Below, in pieces: positions 56,799 through 64,000 of a stretch of DNA of 64,000 bases. Position 1 is the first letter of the stretch, and the number at the start of each line of letters is the position of its first letter. The translations under genes were made by a program, and so were the position numbers. The notes beneath the pieces are model-generated. The model saw only the letters and a list, made by a program, of their open reading frames with translations, searched no databases and was not told the origin of the DNA. Source of the DNA: Spirochaetia bacterium (GTDB lineage Bacteria; Spirochaetota; Spirochaetia; DSM-2461); contig OY764216.1 in NCBI GenBank assembly GCA_963668315.1, positions 5,440,001-5,504,000 on the forward strand, written 5' to 3'.

Positions 56799-59372
56799 TC
56801 ACTGCTCCTGTCGACTGACACTCCCTTCGCACACAACGCCCGCCGGCAGCTTTGCGTCTATCGGCGTTCCATGGACTTCCAGGGAGCCGTTGGCGATCGT
56901 GCCTAGGAGCGTGGCCTTCGCCTGCGATCCGGTCAAGCTCACGTGATCGCGGCGACCGGCGAAGTTGACGTTGACGGCAAATACTTCGCCGCTGCTCACC
57001 TGCAAGCCGTTGCCGTAACGCTGGGCGTGCAGGCCCTGCAATACGAGGCGACCGTTCTCCACAAGCGCCAGTGTACTGGGATCGCCCCACACCATCGTGT
57101 TGATCAGGCGAGCGACGCCCGAGTACCCCGCGCCGAGCTTGATGGCAATCTTGTTCTCGGACGACATCGCCACGAGTTCGGAATTGATCATGTCGATGCG
57201 CCCGTTGCCCTTCTCGAAGAACACGCCGACCTTCGAGCCGTCGGTACCGTGGCCATGGATCACGGCATTTTCGGGGCCCCGGCCGTCCTGCTGGACATAG
57301 TGGATGCCGTAGAGCGAGCCGTAAACAAAGTTCTGGAACAGCACTTCCTCACGGCAGTTGCCGATCAGCATGGCATCGAGGTTTTCCTTCTGAAACGTCC
57401 AGAGCGCGTTAAAATCCAACCTGCCTCGGGGGAAGAAAGGATTCCGTTGGTCAAAGCGGGACCAGTAATGGGGATTGAACTGGGTGTTGCGCACCTCACC
57501 CGCGACGCTGCCGCCTCCCAGGGCCACGCCGACCTTCAAGGGCGATCCGGAGAGATATTCCACGTAGTGCCGGTCGCAACGATACGTCATCAAATCCAGA
57601 AACCGATACGGGTTGCGACAGTTGACGTGGACAATATAGAGGTCCTCGCCTTTGCCCTGAATCAAGAACGGATACTCCTTCACGTTGCCGATACGGAGAT
57701 CCGGGTAGCTGAACGAGAGCCCTTTGAGCCCCGCCCGTGCGTTGACGGTTACGGCCGGAGTTTGCTCATCGGGAGCGGGATAGACATGGATCATGCTGCC
57801 GCTGCCCATGGTGTGATGGGGAACGTCGTGAATGCCACGCAACTCGACCCCGCTGGGCACAGAAAGCGTACCGCGCAGAATGTAGTTGCCGCCGGGCACG
57901 AACACGATGCCACCGCCGTCCTTGCCGGCCTGATCCAGTGCACTCTGCAGAGCCTGAGTGTCGTCGTCTTCGTCCCGCCCGTTGGCATTCCACGGCAACT
58001 CGGTGGCCACGTAGAGCACCTCCCGCGCGGCACGGGTCACGCGAGTCGTGTTGGCGTCGAATTGCGGGACGCCCTGCAAGGTTACCGGCCTATCGATAAG
58101 TTTGAGCTTCCCCGGCTCCATGTCGTTCTGGATCCTGGGCGGCCCCTGGGCGAACGTATTGCCCATCAGTGCCGCCCCCTGCGCGTCGGCGCCCAGTACG
58201 ATTCGCGAATCGGAATCGGTCATTTCAACTGACGTCATCGCCAGAACACCACCGGTCATGGTGATGTCGCCGCGCGTGATGCGGCTCTTCTGAATAATGA
58301 AACAGCCCGTGCCCTCGCAGTAGAGAGCCTGATCTCCGGATACGTCGCAGTCATTCAAGAGAATTGCGGCACCGAACGGCCTGCCCAGACGAAAGCCATA
58401 GTCGCGTCCAGCAAAGGCACATCGCGTGAAGACCATGCCGTAAGGGTTCGTTTCATGCACCTCGACCGCCGTCTTACAGTTACGAATGTCGAGACCGTAG
58501 AACTGGGCGTTTGCCGAACCGCGTGCCCCCCTGGTGATCAGGTAACCGGTGTGATAGCCGTCGACCGCGACGTAAGCAACGTACTCCCAGTCGCTCCGCT
58601 GCATGTGGATGGCCGTGCCGTTGTCCAGCAGCCATGCAGCAAATTCCGCTTCGCCCCGGGGACTGTTATCCAAACCGCAACGGCACCAATAGTCGGGTGA
58701 GAAGTGGATATTCTCCAGCCGCCCGATATCGGTGGTCGAGTCGTAGCGGATCCCGATCTTCAAGGGCGTGCCATAAACGTTGTGGACGAAGTGCAACTCG
58801 TTGCCGCCCGGTCCTATGCGGATTCCCTGATAAGGGTTGACCAGGGTCAGGTTCTCGAACGTGGCGTTGTCGCCGCTCTTCTGACTCAGACAGTAGGGAT
58901 AAGGAACGATGTCGTCGGCGTTCTGCTCGGGATACCAGATCGTCAGGTCCTTGACACCCGCACAGTAGTTGACGGTGATAAACGGCGTTCCTTCCTCTTC
59001 GCCTCGCCCGGCATAGGCCATCAGAACCGTGCCCTGGGCGGCGGGCTCTTCCTTCATCGGTGCGGTCCACTCACCGCGCAAGGTCACCGAGACAGGAACC
59101 TCGAGAGTCCCCTTGATCACGTAGCGGCCCGCGGGCACGAACACCGTGCCGCCCCCGGCAGCCGCCATCTGATCCAGGGCCTGCTGAAACGCTCCCGTAC
59201 AGTCCGTCTGCCCATCACCTTGGGCGCCGAAATCGACGACACTGTATCCGGCAATGACCGTGTCAGACGTGGAAAATCTGGTCTTGATGATCTTCCACTG
59301 AGGAGCTGCCGGAGCGCCATAAGCAACACTGCACAGTAGCAGGCTCACGATAACGTGCTTCAGGGACGTCAT
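56799..59372 (-). CDS. Exported tandem beta-helix glycoside hydrolase (pectate_lyase_3/GH55-like)
   Basis: Two copies of (FGAQGDGQT)DxTxAxQxALD...GGGxVFVPxGxY. Confidence 0.85.
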   Translation of the reverse strand: MTSLKHVIVSLLLCSVAYGAPAAPQWKIIKTRFSTSDTVIAGYSVVDFGAQGDGQTDCTGAFQQALDQMAAAGGGTVFVPAGRYVIKGTLEVPVSVTLRGEWTAPMKEEPAAQGTVLMAYAGRGEEEGTPFITVNYCAGVKDLTIWYPEQNADDIVPYPYCLSQKSGDNATFENLTLVNPYQGIRIGPGGNELHFVHNVYGTPLKIGIRYDSTTDIGRLENIHFSPDYWCRCGLDNSPRGEAEFAAWLLDNGTAIHMQRSDWEYVAYVAVDGYHTGYLITRGARGSANAQFYGLDIRNCKTAVEVHETNPYGMVFTRCAFAGRDYGFRLGRPFGAAILLNDCDVSGDQALYCEGTGCFIIQKSRITRGDITMTGGVLAMTSVEMTDSDSRIVLGADAQGAALMGNTFAQGPPRIQNDMEPGKLKLIDRPVTLQGVPQFDANTTRVTRAAREVLYVATELPWNANGRDEDDDTQALQSALDQAGKDGGGIVFVPGGNYILRGTLSVPSGVELRGIHDVPHHTMGSGSMIHVYPAPDEQTPAVTVNARAGLKGLSFSYPDLRIGNVKEYPFLIQGKGEDLYIVHVNCRNPYRFLDLMTYRCDRHYVEYLSGSPLKVGVALGGGSVAGEVRNTQFNPHYWSRFDQRNPFFPRGRLDFNALWTFQKENLDAMLIGNCREEVLFQNFVYGSLYGIHYVQQDGRGPENAVIHGHGTDGSKVGVFFEKGNGRIDMINSELVAMSSENKIAIKLGAGYSGVARLINTMVWGDPSTLALVENGRLVLQGLHAQRYGNGLQVSSGEVFAVNVNFAGRRDHVSLTGSQAKATLLGTIANGSLEVHGTPIDAKLPAGVVCEGSVSRQEQ

Positions 59373-59408
59373 GTTTTTCCTCGTCGCAGAACTGCTGTTG
59401 GAAGAACC

Positions 59409-62168
59409 TCACTCCTGCAGATTCAGTTGGCCATCCAGCTTGTACGTTTCACCGGCAACGGTGTCGAAGGTACGAGCCAGGTCGCCATAGCGTAGTCGGC
59501 AGGTTCGCCCGGCCTTGGAAAGGATGGTGACGCCATTCAGTTTGCCCTCTTCCCAACGCATGTTGACGTCGAAGGCGCCCCGGGCGCAGAGGCCTGCGAT
59601 GCTGCCGCTCGGCCAGGCATCGGGCAGGGCGGGCAGCAGATGAACGACTCCCATGTGGCTCTGGAGCAGCATCTCCGTGACCCCCGCGGTGGCGCCGAAG
59701 TTGCCGTCGATCTGGAAGGGCGGGTGGGTGTCGAAGAGGTTGGGCAACGTGCTGTGGATCAACTGTTCCTTGAGCATGAGGTAGGAATGATTCCCGTCGT
59801 GCAGTCGGGCCCAGAAGTTGACTTTCCATGCCTTGCTCCAGCCCGTGCCGCCGTCGCCCCTGGCGGTTAGCGAAATTTTGGCCGCCTCGGTGTATTTCGG
59901 CGTGGTCAAAGGTGATATCTGCCGGCCCGGATGCAGGGCGAAGAGATGGGATACGTGGCGGTGTCTGTCATTCGGCCTGTCCCAGTCGGGTTTCCACTCC
60001 TGAAGCTGCCCCCACTTGCCAATCCGCAAGCCCGGGTCCAGTTTGTCCCTGGTTTCGATCAGGGTCGCTTTGAACTCGGGATCGGCCTGGAGGATGTCGC
60101 AGGCCTCGATGGTGTTGGTCAGCAGGTCCCAGGCAATCTGCTGGTGAATCGAGGCTCCCACGCAGAAGCCGCCGTTCTCGGGCGAATAGGAGGGCGACGA
60201 AACCAGCTTGCCGTCGTCGCCGTCGACGACCAGGTAGTCCAGCCAGAACTCGGCCGCTTCCTTCATGATCGGATAGGCCACGTTGCGCAGATAGTCGCGA
60301 TCCTGGGTGTAGCGATAGTGCTCAAAGACATGTTGGCACAGCCACGCGCCGGCTTCCGGGGCATAGAAAGCCCCGCTCGTGCTCGGCCCCGTGTGACCGA
60401 AGATGTTGTTCTCGTGGTGCGTGGTCCAACCTCCGGCCCCATAGAAGTTCCTGGCCGAGATGCGACCGCGCGGGCGCAGGCTGTCGATGTATTCAATCAA
60501 CGGGAGGTGACATTCGCTGAGATTCGTGACCTCAGCAGGCCAGTAGTTCATCTGGACGTTGATATTCGTGTGGTAGTCCGCATTCCAGGGCGGATTCATG
60601 ACGTTGTTCCACATGCCCTGCAGATTGGCGGGCAGCGTGCCGGGACGGGAGGAACTAATCAGAAGATAGCGGCCGAACTGAAAATACAGCGTCTCCAGCG
60701 CCGGGTCGTTGCCCTCATAGGCCTTGAGCGTTTCATCCGTCGGCAGCGCCGTCGGCAGCGCCGACGGCGTGGCGTCGAGATCCAGGCTGACCCGATTGAA
60801 GAGCCCCTGGTAGTCCGCCAAATGGCGGGCCTTGAGCTTGTCATAGGACATTGCGCTTGCCGCGTCGACCCGTTTCGTCACGGCCTCGTGCGGATGGGGG
60901 CCCTTGTAATTCGGGTACTCATTGACATAGCCCGTGCCAATGGCCGTGATGATCACCACCGAATCCGCTTTGCTGACAGCCAGGCTCTTGGCGCTCTCCG
61001 AGATCGTTCCTCCCTGAGCAATGACCTGGGTCTGCGATTCGAAGGCCATCTTGTTGCTGGTCAACGCTCCGCTGAAGGTAAGCCGGCCGTCCGCGACCGT
61101 GGTCACCGAATCGGAATGGGCCGACGCCAGACGCAGGTCAAAGGACAAGCTTCCGGCAGGCTGGGCGGCGAGCTTCATCACCAGCACGTTGTCCGGGTAG
61201 CTGATGAAATACTCACGGGTGTAGGAGACGCCATTGAGTTGGTAACTGACGCGGGTGACCGCCTCGGCGAGATCGAGTTGGCGACGATACTGCTGAACCT
61301 CGACGCTCTGCCCCGGGGGATCGAACCGTATCTCGGCCAATTGCAGCCCGATGCCGGCGTTGTTCTCCATGTCCAGGCGATAGAACGTGTAGGGCCGGTC
61401 GTTGTCGAAACGGAAGTTGCGAGTCATGTGCCGCTTGGGAAAATCTTCGTCGGACCGGCTGTCCAAGGTCTTCCAGGTATGGCCGTCGTTGGAGCCCTTG
61501 AGCGTCCAGTTCTTCGGGTCGCGATGGTCCGCATCGTTGGCAGAGGTCAACGAGTAGGTGGTGACCACCACGGGCTTGTTCATTTTGGCTTGGATCCAGT
61601 AGGGGCCTCCCGTTTGGCCGGTGAACCACTTGGAATGAACTTGGCCGTCAAAGGCCGATTCCTTCGGTTCGTTGTCCTGCTGGGCGCTGACCTGGATGTC
61701 GACGGCATGGAGTCTCTCCATGAAATCCAGATAGAGATCGCCGAAGGTCAGGTACGAACCGAAGCCGTTGCGGACGCCCTTGAGTTCCGGCATCAAGCGA
61801 GTGGCCTCTTCGTACTTCTTCTCGGCCAGCAGCGTTCGGATTTGGGCAAGATACTCGGTCCGATCCGGCCGGTTGCCGCCCGTGTATTCGGGATCCTCGC
61901 CCGGGCCCCCCGACCACAGGCTCTTCTCGTTGAGATTGATGTGCTCCTGGTCCACGCCCCCGAAGACCATGCCACCCATATGGCCGTTCCCCATGGGCAG
62001 GGCCTGGAATTCCCACCCGGTTGCCGGCGCACGATACCACAAGGCCAACGTGGATGCCGGACGATCGGCAGGCCGGGTGAAGGTGATCTCGGCCGCCGCT
62101 TGCTGGGCGTACCAGCCAAGAAAGAACATGGAAAAGACGAAGAAGCACGCAAAACTCTGTTTTTTCAT
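59409..62168 (-). CDS. GH95 alpha-L-fucosidase-like enzyme with inserted F5/8 type C (discoidin)-like module
   Basis: ALPMGNG, NEKSLWSG, FQFGRYLLISSSR, NINVQMNYW, HRHVSHL, PPFQIDGNFG; start 62168 or 62198. Confidence 0.92.
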   Translation of the reverse strand: MKKQSFACFFVFSMFFLGWYAQQAAAEITFTRPADRPASTLALWYRAPATGWEFQALPMGNGHMGGMVFGGVDQEHINLNEKSLWSGGPGEDPEYTGGNRPDRTEYLAQIRTLLAEKKYEEATRLMPELKGVRNGFGSYLTFGDLYLDFMERLHAVDIQVSAQQDNEPKESAFDGQVHSKWFTGQTGGPYWIQAKMNKPVVVTTYSLTSANDADHRDPKNWTLKGSNDGHTWKTLDSRSDEDFPKRHMTRNFRFDNDRPYTFYRLDMENNAGIGLQLAEIRFDPPGQSVEVQQYRRQLDLAEAVTRVSYQLNGVSYTREYFISYPDNVLVMKLAAQPAGSLSFDLRLASAHSDSVTTVADGRLTFSGALTSNKMAFESQTQVIAQGGTISESAKSLAVSKADSVVIITAIGTGYVNEYPNYKGPHPHEAVTKRVDAASAMSYDKLKARHLADYQGLFNRVSLDLDATPSALPTALPTDETLKAYEGNDPALETLYFQFGRYLLISSSRPGTLPANLQGMWNNVMNPPWNADYHTNINVQMNYWPAEVTNLSECHLPLIEYIDSLRPRGRISARNFYGAGGWTTHHENNIFGHTGPSTSGAFYAPEAGAWLCQHVFEHYRYTQDRDYLRNVAYPIMKEAAEFWLDYLVVDGDDGKLVSSPSYSPENGGFCVGASIHQQIAWDLLTNTIEACDILQADPEFKATLIETRDKLDPGLRIGKWGQLQEWKPDWDRPNDRHRHVSHLFALHPGRQISPLTTPKYTEAAKISLTARGDGGTGWSKAWKVNFWARLHDGNHSYLMLKEQLIHSTLPNLFDTHPPFQIDGNFGATAGVTEMLLQSHMGVVHLLPALPDAWPSGSIAGLCARGAFDVNMRWEEGKLNGVTILSKAGRTCRLRYGDLARTFDTVAGETYKLDGQLNLQE

Positions 62169-62260
62169 CGAGAATATCCTACGCAACGATCGCGACATGC
62201 AAAACGACTATTCTATTTGCCAGATCCGGCAGGTGCAATGTCCGTTGCGCGTCGTGATCG

Positions 62261-62440
62261 TCAGGCCACGCCAACCACTTGCTCCACGAATCGCTTTGCT
62301 TTCTTGACTTCTTCGAGCGTTTCGTCGAGATTGCCGGGCTTGACCATCTCGATCATCAGCGGCCCGCCCTTCAGGCCGCCACGGCGGAATTCCGCGAAGA
62401 GGGCCGGAAAGTCCACGTTGCCGGTGATCACGTTCCGGTC
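62261..62440 (-). pseudogene. C-terminal remnant of a sugar-phosphate isomerase/epimerase (xylose-isomerase-like TIM barrel)
   Basis: TGNVDFPALFAEFRRGGLKGGPLMIEMVKPGNLDETLEEVKKAKRFVEQVVGVA*, with no N-terminal part. Confidence 0.7.
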
Positions 62441-64000
62441 AGTTACTCAGTTCCATGATCGCATCCGCGATCTTCCGACGCAGGCCGTTGTAGTCGCGGA
62501 ACTGGAATCCGTTGGCCATCTTGTGGTCGCCGGAGACGATCTTGCCGCCCTCGGCCCCGAGTTCTTTGCGGCCTGTCCAGTCGCCCTGGGCGGCGGACCC
62601 CGTCGAGCCGTTGAAGTCGATCCGCCCCAGTTGTTTCTCGATTTCTTCCCAAAGGACCCCGGCACGCTCCGCTCGTGGGTCATTCCTCGCGTTCAACTCC
62701 TTCACATGACTCTCCAGCGTGACCAGATACTTGTAGTCGTCGACGCCTTCGCGTATTGCCTCCCACGCCAACGTTGGGCCACCGGTTTCGTCGCCCGCGG
62801 GAGGATACTGATAGATGATCGTGTTCGGTTCTGCGTAAACGGACTCGGGCTGATCCGGCCGGAAGGCGGTCTGGTAGCTCCACTGAATGACGCCGGTGCC
62901 TCCGGCCTGATAGAGCCCGAAGCCGTATCCGAATCGGAGCACTTCGGGATGCCATCCGGTCAGGTCGAGATTGTAGAACCAGACCTCTTTCCTGTCCTCT
63001 CGAAGCTGGCGCAGAAACGCGTTCCAGCCACCTGCATCATAGGTTCCCCTTTGCAGGACGGGGCCATCGTGATAAACCAGGACGTCACAGAGGTCATACA
63101 GACGCTCGAGCGTTTGCGGGTTTCCGTTGGAGCCATCCTCTTCGGTGCGCACTCCGGGAATTGTCTTCAGCACTCGCAAACACGCTTCCGCGTCGTCCAG
63201 ACGGGCCGTGTGCTCAAACGGTTCATCAAGTGGCTGGAAGAGGATCTCCGGCCAACGGTTCTTCCGGCCACGTTCCAGAATGGCGACGATGATCTGCCTG
63301 TAGTAGTCGGCCAACTTCTCCTTATCGCCGTGAGCGTGTTCCTTGCACCAGCGTAAGACGTCCGAGCCCATGAGCCAGTCGATGGGCATGGTGAAACCGG
63401 CGTCAAGATACTCTCGAACGGCTCGCTCAAGGTCGCCTGAGCCGTCGAAGGCTACGTCCACCCGTTCACCATTGAGGGCAACTTTCGCGCCCAGGTTGCA
63501 GCATAGCCCCACGGTCGTCATTCCGTGCGCTCGCATGTCGCGCCAAGCGGCGGCGCGGAAGTTCTCGTCGCCCACGGGCCGATGGTACATTCCGAAATAG
63601 ATGGGATCCGGTTCACGAAGACGAATCGGCAGCACTTCCATTTCGAGCGGCAATTGGGTAATGCCCGCATTGGCCGCCGAGACGGTCACCGCAGCCCGAT
63701 AGTGCCCCGGTGGCGCGTCTTTCGGCACGCGGATCGTGATCCAGTATTGCTGCGAGGTCTCGGCCGCAACGTCGACTTGCCCATACGACGCCAGGTACAA
63801 CGGCACGACCATGGGGTCGGTATGGAAAGGGCCCCAACGCGATTGTCCCTCTTTTCTACCGTAGCGCACGGGACGAATCGAGACGTGCTTTTGAGCGATG
63901 GTCGCACCAGCCTCGTTCTCGAGCGATGTGCAAGTCACGTTGACGCCATTCACGTCCCGTAACGCCCGAATCGCGAACGAAACCGGCTCCGTTTCGCCGG
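62439..64000 (-). CDS. DUF4091/GH123-like glycoside hydrolase, N-terminus beyond the window
   Basis: Frame open to the window edge (GETEPVSFAIR); WITIRVPKDAPPGHY, DEP, WEAIREGVDDYKYL. Confidence 0.8.
   Translation of the reverse strand, partial: GETEPVSFAIRALRDVNGVNVTCTSLENEAGATIAQKHVSIRPVRYGRKEGQSRWGPFHTDPMVVPLYLASYGQVDVAAETSQQYWITIRVPKDAPPGHYRAAVTVSAANAGITQLPLEMEVLPIRLREPDPIYFGMYHRPVGDENFRAAAWRDMRAHGMTTVGLCCNLGAKVALNGERVDVAFDGSGDLERAVREYLDAGFTMPIDWLMGSDVLRWCKEHAHGDKEKLADYYRQIIVAILERGRKNRWPEILFQPLDEPFEHTARLDDAEACLRVLKTIPGVRTEEDGSNGNPQTLERLYDLCDVLVYHDGPVLQRGTYDAGGWNAFLRQLREDRKEVWFYNLDLTGWHPEVLRFGYGFGLYQAGGTGVIQWSYQTAFRPDQPESVYAEPNTIIYQYPPAGDETGGPTLAWEAIREGVDDYKYLVTLESHVKELNARNDPRAERAGVLWEEIEKQLGRIDFNGSTGSAAQGDWTGRKELGAEGGKIVSGDHKMANGFQFRDYNGLRRKIADAIMELSN

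Noticed and set aside
59931..63356. 1141-aa plus-strand ORF
   Set aside because: Antisense shadow of the GH95 and DUF4091-like genes; no motifs
1..64000. Integrase, transposase, tRNA or rRNA marking the island as mobile
   Set aside because: None recognised; 'island' is used only descriptively

Overview
GC-rich bacterial DNA, probably from a Planctomycete (inferred from gene content). It has three parts. (1) About 3.7-45.4 kb is a co-oriented 'exported clan-CD protease' island. It carries an ECF-type sigma factor and a ZAS-TM-TPR anti-sigma factor, six signal-peptide TPR-CHAT proteases and five signal-peptide caspase-like (C14) proteases, two of them fused to DUF4384-like domains. It also carries a GP42/TGase-elicitor-like transglutaminase with a 12-bp VNTR linker, Gln/Lys-rich exported proteins, WD40 proteins, and relics of a further CHAT and a further caspase gene. 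(2) About 45.8-56.8 kb holds a radical SAM/SPASM RiPP cluster with three tandem CxxxC-repeat precursors and an ABC exporter, followed by TetR, an RND pump and a crotonase-like gene. (3) About 56.8-64 kb holds minus-strand carbohydrate-active enzymes. The most striking unannotated signal is a bipartite motif, GCGCAA-N16-G(AC/TG)YAT. I found it by eye six times, each time intergenic and pointing into a gene. It lies upstream of genes in the protease island, the transglutaminase unit, the RiPP cluster and a divergent coiled-coil membrane protein gene. This suggests one ECF regulon coupling an extracytoplasmic protease cascade, protein cross-linking and RiPP production. All domain calls come from motif recognition; no searches were run.
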